Part shown: in pieces, positions 44,376 through 52,850 of the stretch
Position numbering within the stretch: the stretch's first letter is position 1
How the letters are laid out: each line of letters opens with the position of its first letter
DNA from: Steroidobacteraceae bacterium
GTDB taxonomy: Bacteria; Pseudomonadota; Gammaproteobacteria; Steroidobacterales; Steroidobacteraceae
Length of the DNA: 64,000 nt
NCBI GenBank assembly: GCA_035275585.1
Contig: DATEML010000013.1
Coordinates: forward strand, 47,983 to 111,982
Direction: 5' to 3'
Program-made: the position numbers and the translations under genes
Notes under the pieces: generated by a model
Databases searched by the model: none
What the model was told of the DNA's origin: nothing
What the model saw: the letters and a program-made list of their open reading frames with translations, nothing else

Positions 44376-44433
44376 GGAGGCCGAGCATACTCGCGTAGCT
44401 CGGCCGCAGTCGATTGCCCTGATGGGCGGACGG

Positions 44434-45774
44434 TCAGCGGCTGGTATCCGGCTGCAGAATCGCCGTCCCGAACTTGCCCTCCAGCTTGCGCGTACGAATC
44501 CAGGAAGCCAGCAGGTCGTGATACCCGGCGGACTGGCGGTCGTCTTCGATGATGCCGTGATCGGCGTTCGGGAAGACGGCGATGTCGAGCTGCGTCGGCT
44601 CTGCCTGCAACTTGCGGATGAATTCGAGCGTCGGCACCGGCGGAGCTTCGGTGTCCTTGCCTGCGACGATCCACAGCATCGGCGTGCGCACGCGGCGCAG
44701 TGCCGCTCGTGCGTCGTAGTCGAGAATCGCGTCGAAGCCGAGCGCGTTGCGCAACTCGGTGAACTGCTCGTCCGGCGAGCGCAGCAGCGGTCCGGTGAAG
44801 TCGCCTTCGACCTCGTGCAGCCACTTCTCGTCGGCGTGCGCAGCCTTGAACTTGCGCAGATCATCCACGCCGTCCGTGAAGCGGGACAGCATGACGCGGC
44901 CAGTGATCGACGTCAGCTCGCGGCCCTTCGCGATCACGCTGTCGTCGTAGTGCTTCGCGCGCAGCTCGCCGAGTACTTCTTCGCGATCTTCCTCCAGTGG
45001 ACTGATTGCAAGCCCGTACGATACGACGACGAAGTCGACGGGCGAGCGGCTCGCCGCGAGCGGCGCGATCCAGCCGCCCTGGCTTTCGCCCATCAGGCCG
45101 ACGGGCACATTGGGCATCGCGAGGAGTTTGCGCGCCTCTGCCACGGCAGCAATCGCGTCATCGGCCAGCTCGCTGAAGTCGACCGTGAAGCGACCGGTCG
45201 ATCGACCGGTGCCGCGCTTGTCATAGACGAACACGGCGATGTCGTAGGTCGGCAGCAGGTGCTGCACATAGTTGTAGGTGACCGCACTGTCCTGGCCGGA
45301 GCCGAAGACCAGGACGACGAGCGCCTGCGGCCTGGCGGGCGCATACAACTCGCCGTACAGCGTATTGCCGAGACTGGAGAAGTTGGCCGGCGTTCTCGTC
45401 ACGGCCACGCGCTGCGCGACGCCCGAAGGTCCGCCCTGCAAGCGAAACTCGAGGCGCTTGCCCGGGCAGCCGTCGAACACGGCGTCAGCGACGCGCGGCT
45501 CGCGCGATGCCCAGCCGGGCCCGCCGTGAAAATTACCATCAGAACGATTGGGGTCGTCGGGATAGAGCCGGCCGCTGCGGCCGTCGGCCAGGCGGTAGCG
45601 CAATGCGCCTTCGTCGCTCGGAGAAATGATGATGTTGCCGCCGCCGTGATCGAGCTGGTACGCGCCCGAGTAGCATGCATTCGGCGGAGCGTCTGCCGAG
45701 TCTGCGCGACTCGCGATCGGCAGTGCTGCAACGACGAGCACAACTGTACCGAAGAAAGCAGAGGAAACTGTCAT
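44434..45774 (-). CDS. Secreted alpha/beta hydrolase (S9/S15-like)
   Basis: Signal peptide; YDKRGTGRS; GESQGG; AGKD; ADHG. Confidence 0.85.
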   Translation of the reverse strand: MTVSSAFFGTVVLVVAALPIASRADSADAPPNACYSGAYQLDHGGGNIIISPSDEGALRYRLADGRSGRLYPDDPNRSDGNFHGGPGWASREPRVADAVFDGCPGKRLEFRLQGGPSGVAQRVAVTRTPANFSSLGNTLYGELYAPARPQALVVLVFGSGQDSAVTYNYVQHLLPTYDIAVFVYDKRGTGRSTGRFTVDFSELADDAIAAVAEARKLLAMPNVPVGLMGESQGGWIAPLAASRSPVDFVVVSYGLAISPLEEDREEVLGELRAKHYDDSVIAKGRELTSITGRVMLSRFTDGVDDLRKFKAAHADEKWLHEVEGDFTGPLLRSPDEQFTELRNALGFDAILDYDARAALRRVRTPMLWIVAGKDTEAPPVPTLEFIRKLQAEPTQLDIAVFPNADHGIIEDDRQSAGYHDLLASWIRTRKLEGKFGTAILQPDTSR

Positions 45775-45840
45775 GGTGCTACCTGGTCTTGCGAGAAAGT
45801 GTGCTGGTTCGGACGCAGCGGCACTCGATCGGGTTGCAGC

Positions 45841-45874
45841 AAATAAAAACGGCGCAGTCTCGCGACTGCGCCGT
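45841..45874 (-). terminator. Intrinsic terminator downstream of the DUF1579 gene
   Basis: ACGGCGCAGTC-TCGC-GACTGCGCCGT 11-bp stem; TTTTATTT follows on the minus strand. Confidence 0.8.
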
Positions 45875-45887
45875 GTTGAGAGAGGAA

Positions 45888-45907
45888 TCGGGTTAAGCCC
45901 GACCTAC
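45888..45907 (-). repeat. GTAG-type REP-like element
   Basis: Minus strand GTAG-GTCGGGC-TTAA-CCCGA. Confidence 0.55.
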
Positions 45908-45908
45908 G

Positions 45909-46442
45909 TCATTCGGTCTTCTTCGTCGACTTGCCTTCCATGACCGTCGTCCACTTCGTGCCGTCCTCGGACATGTCCCACTTGTACGTGTACGAAGTCG
46001 GCGAGCTCTCGACCATCGTGTAGCGCGAGTGGAACGGCTTGCCGTTCATCTCGCTCTTCGAGCCGAACGACCAGGTCTTGCCGCTCTTCTGACCTTTCGA
46101 GTAGTCGGCCATCCCGGTGCTGTCGATGCCGTAGTACGTATAGGACTTCTCTGTAGGGCTGTACGCGATGACGCCGAGCGTCGTCATCGAGCCCATCGCA
46201 CCACTCCCCTGTCCGCGGCACACGAGCTGAAAGCCGCCGGCGAACCACTCACACGTGTCGACGCTCGTCATCTTGCCGCCGGGCCCGAACGGGCCGGGCT
46301 TCATCTCGGCTTCGCTGGTCCACTTGCCGGCGAAGTAGCCGAGCGCTTTCTGCTCCGGACCGGGCTTTGGTGCGTCCTGCGCCAGCGCGACGCCGAACGC
46401 CAATAGCATGCTGCTGCCAACTACGATGATCTTCGTTCGCAT
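45909..46442 (-). CDS. DUF1579-like secreted protein
   Basis: GGAGG RBS; signal peptide; PGPEQKALGYFAGKW; CEWFAGG..C; DGTKW. Confidence 0.78.
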   Translation of the reverse strand: MRTKIIVVGSSMLLAFGVALAQDAPKPGPEQKALGYFAGKWTSEAEMKPGPFGPGGKMTSVDTCEWFAGGFQLVCRGQGSGAMGSMTTLGVIAYSPTEKSYTYYGIDSTGMADYSKGQKSGKTWSFGSKSEMNGKPFHSRYTMVESSPTSYTYKWDMSEDGTKWTTVMEGKSTKKTE

Positions 46443-46515
46443 AAGCCCTCCTGATCCCCACTGCGGGTTGGCGAGGGCCGGAGCATAGTCCTGCGGCCGC
46501 GGGCCTGGAAGACGC

Positions 46516-48546
46516 TCAGCGTGCCTGGAAGCGGATCGCCTGGCCGCCGCCCGGCGCCAGCTTCAGCTGCAGGGTGTCGCCGCGGCGGACCGAGCGGCGC
46601 TCGATCGCGATCGCCTGTGGGTGCGTGCGCCAGTCCGCGTTTGCGCCGTCGCGATAGATCTGTGCGCGATATGAGCGATCCGGGTCGAGGAAATCGAGCC
46701 GCAGCTCGAGCGTGCGCGCGTTCTCGTCCGTGATGCTGCCGAGGTACCAGTCGTCGCTGTTGCGATCCTTGCGCACGATGGTGACGTAGTCGCCGACCTC
46801 GCCGTTCGGCACCAATGTCTGCGCCCAGTCGGTCGGCACGTCCTTGATGAACTGGAACGGCGCGGGGAACTTGCGATAGTTCTCCGGCAGGTCGGCCGCC
46901 ATCTGCAGCGGGCTGTACAGCACGACGTAGTTCGCGAGCTGCTTCGCGATCGTCGACTGGATCGGGCGTCCGCCCTTGCCTTTCAGGCTCAGCACGCCCG
47001 GCGTGAAGTCGAACGGGCCGGAGAGCATGCGCGTGAACACCAGGTTCGCTTCGTGCTCGGGCGGGTTCGGCGGATTGCCCCAGGCGTTGTACTCCATGCC
47101 GCGCGCGCCCTCGCGCGCGATCCAGTTCGGATAGGTGCGGCGCAGACCGGTGTCCTTGATCGGTTCGTGCGCCACCACGGCGATGTGGCGCTTCGCTGCT
47201 TCGGTGACGACCTTCAGGTGATGGCGCGACATGACCTGCCCGTCGTGCCATTCGAAATGAATCCGCCCATCCTCGCCCAGCGCCTTGACGCCGCCCGCAT
47301 CGGCGACATAGCCGGTCTTCACGCTGTCGATGCCGAGCCGCTGATACAGGTCGAGCGCGGCCTCGAGCTGCGGCTCGTAGTGCGCGATGTTGGCGGACGT
47401 CTCGTGATGACCGATCAGGTGCACGCCTTTCTTCTTCGCATACTCGGCGAGGCCTTCCAGGTCGAAATCGGGATACGGCTGCGTGAAGCTGAAAGTCTCG
47501 CCATTCGCGAACCAGTCGCCGTCCCAGCCGACGTTCCAGCCTTCCACCAGCACGCCGCGAAAGCCATTTTGCGCGGCGAAGTCGATGTAGCGACGCGTGT
47601 TCGCCGTGGTGGCGCCGTGCTGCGGACCCGACGCCCAGCTCCACACGCCCAGGTGCATCGCCCACCAGATGCCGACGTACTTCGCCGGCTTGACCCAGGA
47701 GACGTCGCCGAGCGCGTTCGGCTCGTTGAGGTTCAGGATGAGGTCCGACGCCATGTACAGCGCGCCGGCGCTGTCGGCGATCATCAGCGTGCGCCACGGT
47801 GTCGTGAATGGCGCGACCCGCCGGACTTTCGCGCCCTGCGACGCCGGCGACAGCACTGCCTTCAACCGCGTCCCGTCTACACGACGCAACCACATCGAGG
47901 AGTAGTCGACCAGCGCGGCCTCGTGAATCGCGATGTGCAGACCCGCGTCGGTGCGGATCGTGAGCGGCGTGTGTGCCTGGGCGACTTCGCTGAGCGGCGT
48001 GCGGTTGTAGAGATACTCGTAACGGTTCCACTCTCCGCCCGGGATCCACCACGCCGTGCCCGGGTCGGCAATCGCGAACTCGGTCAGCTCGTCGCCGATG
48101 TTCACCTCGTGCAGCTGCGGCTGATCGGGAAATTCATAGCGGAACCCGATGCCTTCGTCGAACGCGCGGAACACGACGACGAGAGCGCGCTTCAACGCGG
48201 ACTTCTCCACGAGCCGCACGCGCATCTCGTTGTAGTGATTGCGGACATAGCGCCGCTCGCCCCATGGCTGCTCCCAGGTCTCGTCGAAGCTGCGCGTCTC
48301 CACGCCGTCCCCGACGAAGTTGCGTTCGAGCTTCGGCGCGTCGGTCAGCAGAAATCCCAGGCGCGATTCGCTGACTATTTGCCGCCCTGCCCGCGTCACC
48401 GTGTAGCCGGGGCGTCCCTCCTCGTCGATCGTCACGCTGACGGACAGGATGTTGCCGGGAGAGGTGACTGTGCCGACGGTCGTGGCATCGGCAATGCAAG
48501 CCCAGAGGGAAAAGAAAAGAATCAGAGTCAGGCGCGACGCGGTCAC
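46516..48546 (-). CDS. Glycoside hydrolase family 97 (SusB-like alpha-glucosidase)
   Basis: WEQPWGE, YNEM, FRYEFP, WVKPAKYVGIWW, VEGWN, GHHET, TYPNWIAREGARGME, FTRMLSGPFDFTPG. Confidence 0.93.
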   Translation of the reverse strand: MTASRLTLILFFSLWACIADATTVGTVTSPGNILSVSVTIDEEGRPGYTVTRAGRQIVSESRLGFLLTDAPKLERNFVGDGVETRSFDETWEQPWGERRYVRNHYNEMRVRLVEKSALKRALVVVFRAFDEGIGFRYEFPDQPQLHEVNIGDELTEFAIADPGTAWWIPGGEWNRYEYLYNRTPLSEVAQAHTPLTIRTDAGLHIAIHEAALVDYSSMWLRRVDGTRLKAVLSPASQGAKVRRVAPFTTPWRTLMIADSAGALYMASDLILNLNEPNALGDVSWVKPAKYVGIWWAMHLGVWSWASGPQHGATTANTRRYIDFAAQNGFRGVLVEGWNVGWDGDWFANGETFSFTQPYPDFDLEGLAEYAKKKGVHLIGHHETSANIAHYEPQLEAALDLYQRLGIDSVKTGYVADAGGVKALGEDGRIHFEWHDGQVMSRHHLKVVTEAAKRHIAVVAHEPIKDTGLRRTYPNWIAREGARGMEYNAWGNPPNPPEHEANLVFTRMLSGPFDFTPGVLSLKGKGGRPIQSTIAKQLANYVVLYSPLQMAADLPENYRKFPAPFQFIKDVPTDWAQTLVPNGEVGDYVTIVRKDRNSDDWYLGSITDENARTLELRLDFLDPDRSYRAQIYRDGANADWRTHPQAIAIERRSVRRGDTLQLKLAPGGGQAIRFQAR

Positions 48547-50330
48547 GTTCCGTCTCCAGCGGCGCACACGACGAAGTCCAGCGGCGCGAGCACGACGCGA
48601 TAGGCTCCCGGTGCCACCACATCGCTCTCGCAACGGCCGTACAGCGCGGTGAAACCGCGGGAACGCGCGTCCACCTCCATCGTGGTCGCGATCGGCTGGA
48701 GCGACGTATTGAACGCGATCGCGATCTCGCGACCGGTGGCCGGATCGAGCCGCGATACTGCGAACAGCCCCGGGGAATCGGCAGCGTTGCGCACCACTTG
48801 CCGCCCGCTGCGCAAGGCAGCATTCGCGCGGCGCAGTGCCGACAGTTGAGCGATGGCACGCGCGATGGGATGGTTCAGGTCGAAGTTCGATTGTTGCAGG
48901 TCAGGCTTTCCAATCCTGCGATCTGCGAGGTAGGACGGCGTCTGGCTCGTCATCATGTCCTGGCGCGCGTCCTGGTCGCCGCCGACGCCGGTGAAGCCCT
49001 GCTCGTCGCCGTAGTACACGACGGGAACTCCGCGAAGCGTGAACAGCATCGCGTGCGCCAGCAGCACGCGCTTCAGCACTTCGTCGTCGCTCGCCTGCGG
49101 CAGCGTTTTGCGCACGTAGTACGCGAAGCGTCCTGCGTCATGGTTGCTGATGAATGTCGGCAGCTGCAGCGCCGCCTTCTCGCCGCCCTCGTACAACACG
49201 TCGTCGGCGAACAGACGTGCCAGCTTGTCGGTGCCGGCGTCGCCGGCGACTGTCGCGCGCACCGCGGCCGCGAAAGCGAAGTCGAGCACTGCGGGCAACT
49301 TGGCTTCGCGCGTGTAGCGCGCCAGCAGCGCCGTGTCGATATCCGAAGTCGAAACTTCGCCGAATATGTGAAAGTGCGGGATACCCTGCGCTGCCGCCCG
49401 CTGCAGTATCGCCGGCACGAACGCCTGCCAGAACTCCGCGTTCACATGGCGCGCCGTGTCGATACGGAAACCGTCGACGCCGTACTGATCGATCCAGCGT
49501 CCATAGATCTCGATCATTCCCTGCACGACGCGCGGATTCTCCGTCATCAGGTCGTCGAGCCCGACGAAGTCGCCCATCTCCGAGCTCTCGCCGGCAAACG
49601 TGGAATTGCCGCGGTTGTGATACAGCAGCGGGTCGTTCAGCCACTGCGGCCGCTTGCTGCGCTCTTCGCCGGCCGGCAGGTAGGGCGTGTACGCGAAGTC
49701 GGGCCGCGTCAGCTGCGCAAAATTGTCGCCGGTGAAGCCATCGTTGATCGGCTCGCCTTGCAGCCCGCCGCGGCGCGAATACGGATACTCGGCACGCGAG
49801 CGATAAGGACAGCTGTCCGTCGGGCATTCGCGGTAAGCGATCACGTCGGCCGTGTGGTTGGCGATGATGTCGAGATACACCTTCATGCCGCGGCCGTGGG
49901 CGGCGCGCACGAAAGCCTGCATCTGCGCTTCGTCGCCAAGATGCGGATCGACGCTCGTGAAATCGGTGATCCAGTAGCCGTGATAGCCGGCCGACTCCTG
50001 GCCGGGCGCGCCCTGCACCGGCTTGTTCTTGAACACCGGCGTGAGCCACACGGCAGTCGCACCGAGCGCCTGGATATAGTCGAGCCGCGCCGTGAGCCCC
50101 TGCAGATCGCCGCCGTGGAAGAACGCCTTCGACGTCGGATCGAAGCCGTGCTTCAGGCGCTCGCCACGCAGGCCGCCGCGATCGTTCGCCGGATTGCCGT
50201 TCTCGAAGCGATCGGGCAGCACGAAATAGATGATTTCTTCCGTCTCCGTGCGATCGCGGAAGGCGTCCTGCGCATTTGCAGTACAAGTGAACGCCAGCAA
50301 CAACAGCAGGTAGCGGACGTCAATGCTCAT
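48543..50330 (-). CDS. GH13 alpha-amylase family protein (secreted)
   Basis: IYFVLPDRFENG, YHGYW, DIIANH, GFRID, FGEV, SNHD catalytic regions. Confidence 0.92.
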   Translation of the reverse strand: MSIDVRYLLLLLAFTCTANAQDAFRDRTETEEIIYFVLPDRFENGNPANDRGGLRGERLKHGFDPTSKAFFHGGDLQGLTARLDYIQALGATAVWLTPVFKNKPVQGAPGQESAGYHGYWITDFTSVDPHLGDEAQMQAFVRAAHGRGMKVYLDIIANHTADVIAYRECPTDSCPYRSRAEYPYSRRGGLQGEPINDGFTGDNFAQLTRPDFAYTPYLPAGEERSKRPQWLNDPLLYHNRGNSTFAGESSEMGDFVGLDDLMTENPRVVQGMIEIYGRWIDQYGVDGFRIDTARHVNAEFWQAFVPAILQRAAAQGIPHFHIFGEVSTSDIDTALLARYTREAKLPAVLDFAFAAAVRATVAGDAGTDKLARLFADDVLYEGGEKAALQLPTFISNHDAGRFAYYVRKTLPQASDDEVLKRVLLAHAMLFTLRGVPVVYYGDEQGFTGVGGDQDARQDMMTSQTPSYLADRRIGKPDLQQSNFDLNHPIARAIAQLSALRRANAALRSGRQVVRNAADSPGLFAVSRLDPATGREIAIAFNTSLQPIATTMEVDARSRGFTALYGRCESDVVAPGAYRVVLAPLDFVVCAAGDGT

Positions 50331-51075
50331 TACGATCGACGCCAAGCTCGCGCAGGATCGCGACGCGCAGGTCCTGAACGTGCGGGCTCGCCAACCGGCG
50401 CGGATGCGGGAACGGCACGTCGAAAGTCGCCTGGATTCGCGCCGGGCGCGGCGACAGCACCAGGATGCGGTCGGCGAGGTGAATCGCTTCTTCGACGTCG
50501 TGCGTGATCAGCATCACGGTGTGACGCTCCTTCGCCAGGATCCGCAGCAGCTCGCCGCGCATCCGCAGGCTCATGAGCGCATCGAGCGCCGCAAACGGCT
50601 CGTCCATGTAGAGGATCTCGGGCTTTACCACGAGCGCGCGCGCCAGCTCGGCGCGTTTCAGCATTCCACCCGACAACTCGTGCGGATAGCTGCCCTCGAA
50701 ACCTTTCAGTCCGACGATCGCAGCGTAGGTGTCCGCGAGCTCGGCCTTGTTCGCCGGCGCATGGCCGTTGAGACCGAACATCAGATTCTCGCGCACCGTG
50801 AGCCACGGAAAGACCGAGCCGTGCTGCGAGATGAGAATGCCCTTCGAGTCCGGTTTCGCGCGCGGCACGCCGTCGATGACGATCGAGCCGGCATCCGGGT
50901 GCACGAAACCCGCCATCATGTGCATCAGCGTCGTCTTGCCGCAGCCCGATGGGCCCACGATGGCGACGAATTCACCGTCGCGAACCGTGAAGCTCACGTC
51001 CGCGACGACCGACAGGGATCCCTGGTCCGACTCGAAGCTCTTCTTCAGGTCACGGACTTCGATCTTAGTGCGCAT
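50320..51075 (-). CDS. ABC transporter ATP-binding protein, NitT/TauT/SsuB type
   Basis: GPSGCGKT, FPWLTVREN, LSGGM, MDEPFAALDA, ITHDVEEA. Confidence 0.95.
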   Translation of the reverse strand: MRTKIEVRDLKKSFESDQGSLSVVADVSFTVRDGEFVAIVGPSGCGKTTLMHMMAGFVHPDAGSIVIDGVPRAKPDSKGILISQHGSVFPWLTVRENLMFGLNGHAPANKAELADTYAAIVGLKGFEGSYPHELSGGMLKRAELARALVVKPEILYMDEPFAALDALMSLRMRGELLRILAKERHTVMLITHDVEEAIHLADRILVLSPRPARIQATFDVPFPHPRRLASPHVQDLRVAILRELGVDRNEH

Positions 51076-51823
51076 AGCGCCACCTGACCCGATCGATGCG
51101 TTCCAGCATGCGCATGAACCCGTCCAGCGACAACCCGATCAGACCGATGATGACCATGCCGGCGACGACCAGATCGTAGCGATTCCCGGCGTTGCGCGAA
51201 TCCATGATCATGTAACCCAGACCCGAGTGCAGCGCAATCATCTCGGCGGCGACGACGACCAGCCAGGCGACGCCGAGGCCGATCCTCATGCCGACGATGA
51301 CCTGCGGCAGAACCGCTGGAATCACGACCTGCGTGAACAGCGTGTGGCGTGAGACGCCGAAGTTCTCCGCCGCTCGCAGATAACGCTTTTCGATCGTGTG
51401 CACGCCGACGGTCGTCTGCACGACCATCGGAAACACCGATGAGATGAAGATCAGGTAGATCGGCGAGGCGTTGCCGACGCCGAACCAGAGGATGGCGATT
51501 GGAATCCAGGCGATCGGCGAGATCGGACGCAGGATCTGAAAAATAGGATTCAGCGTGCTGTAAGCGCCTCGCACCCAACCCATCCACAGGCCGAGCGGCA
51601 CGGCGACGCACACCGCCAGCAGGAAGCCCGTCCCGACCCGCATGAGCGACGCGCCGATGTGCCGGTACAGCGAGCCATCCCGCAGCAACTCGAACGTACC
51701 GCTGACGACGTCCCACGGAGTCGGGAAGATCACGCTGCGCGTGACGACGACCGTTGTCCACCACGTTGCAATCAGCGCGGCGATCACGGCCAGCGACGGC
51801 AGGCTTTCTTTGATTCGCTTCAT
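51065..51823 (-). CDS. ABC transporter permease, NitT/TauT/SsuC type
   Basis: LRPISPIAWIPIAILWFG, EAA-like RAAENFG, VAAEMI, GLGYMI. Confidence 0.95.
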   Translation of the reverse strand: MKRIKESLPSLAVIAALIATWWTTVVVTRSVIFPTPWDVVSGTFELLRDGSLYRHIGASLMRVGTGFLLAVCVAVPLGLWMGWVRGAYSTLNPIFQILRPISPIAWIPIAILWFGVGNASPIYLIFISSVFPMVVQTTVGVHTIEKRYLRAAENFGVSRHTLFTQVVIPAVLPQVIVGMRIGLGVAWLVVVAAEMIALHSGLGYMIMDSRNAGNRYDLVVAGMVIIGLIGLSLDGFMRMLERIDRVRWRYAH

Positions 51824-52266
51824 CCGAGCTCACGCATCAGTTCGCGCACGCGCCAGTGGATTCTCGCCCAGGGCGTCACCGGGTATGGCTCGACGATCAC
51901 ACTCATCTGTCCGCTCGCATGCGCCGTGCACGCGAACTGATACTCGGACGCCTGCTCGAACGGCAGCCGGAAGCTCTGTCCGGGCATCATGAGTGCGGGA
52001 CCGAAGATCTGCGGCACATCGTCCAGGTTCCTCAACAGCAGAATATCCCGAATGCCCAGCGTCAGGCGGATCTCGTCCGGCAGGATGCCGATCTTCTCCC
52101 CCGACATCCGGCGGGCCCACGTTCCCTTCGGAATCTCGAAAATCTCTTCCCGCGACGCGCTGGCCTGCACGCGATCGATCGGCGTCAGTCCCGCCCAGCC
52201 CAGCACGGCGATTGCGCCGGCGACGCCGAGCCACAACAACGCGCGCCACAGCGAACGCGGACGCAT
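51820..52266 (-). CDS. Membrane-anchored cupredoxin-like protein
   Basis: N-terminal TM; RNLDDVPQ, PGQS, YQFACTAHASGQM (C-x2-H-x4-M); lies in the 51820..52908 track ORF; start ATG 52266 or GTG 52272. Confidence 0.7.
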   Translation of the reverse strand: MRPRSLWRALLWLGVAGAIAVLGWAGLTPIDRVQASASREEIFEIPKGTWARRMSGEKIGILPDEIRLTLGIRDILLLRNLDDVPQIFGPALMMPGQSFRLPFEQASEYQFACTAHASGQMSVIVEPYPVTPWARIHWRVRELMRELG

Positions 52267-52268
52267 GG

Positions 52269-52850
52269 TCACTCTTGCAGCAGCATCTTCAGATCGTGCA
52301 CGTAGTCGTCGGGACCGTGTCCATAGGGCATCAGTGCCCGAAGGCTGCCGCTGCGATCGATCAGAAAGACGAAAGAGGAATGTGCCACCGTATAGGTGCT
52401 GCCCTGAGTTTTCTTCTCGGCGAAGACGCCATAGTCCTTGCGCACGGCGGCCAGCCGCTCGGCTGCGCCGGTGCCGCCGACGAAAGTCGGATCGAACGCT
52501 CCCAGATAGTTCTTCATGCGCTCTGCGACATCGCGCTCCGGATCGACCGTGACGTAGACGACTTGCACGTCTGCCGCGGCGGAGCCGAGCTTGCGGCGTG
52601 CCTGAGCCAGCGTCGCGAGCGTGACCGGGCACACTTCCGTACACGAAGTGAAGCCGAAGCCGAGCAGCACGACTTTGCCGTTGAAGCGACTCAGAGTCAG
52701 CGCGCGGCCGTCGGAGCCCTGCAGCGAGAAATCGGGCGCCGGTCGCGGCGGGCTGAAGACACCGGCCTTGAGCGCCGGCGCGTCTGCGCCCACGGCTGCA
52801 GCGACGAACAGCAGCGACAGCAGCAGTGCATGGGCGAGAAGCGATTTCAT
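52269..52850 (-). CDS. SCO1/SenC family copper chaperone
   Basis: FGFTSCTEVCP (CxxxC), VTVDPERD, VAHSSFVFLID (His ligand). Confidence 0.93.
   Translation of the reverse strand: MKSLLAHALLLSLLFVAAAVGADAPALKAGVFSPPRPAPDFSLQGSDGRALTLSRFNGKVVLLGFGFTSCTEVCPVTLATLAQARRKLGSAAADVQVVYVTVDPERDVAERMKNYLGAFDPTFVGGTGAAERLAAVRKDYGVFAEKKTQGSTYTVAHSSFVFLIDRSGSLRALMPYGHGPDDYVHDLKMLLQE

Noticed and set aside
51830-52249. Track ORF MARVVVARRRRR.. as the gene between SCO and the permease
   Set aside because: Wrong frame; the coding frame is 51820..52266, which has a TM anchor and the C-x2-H-x4-M motif.
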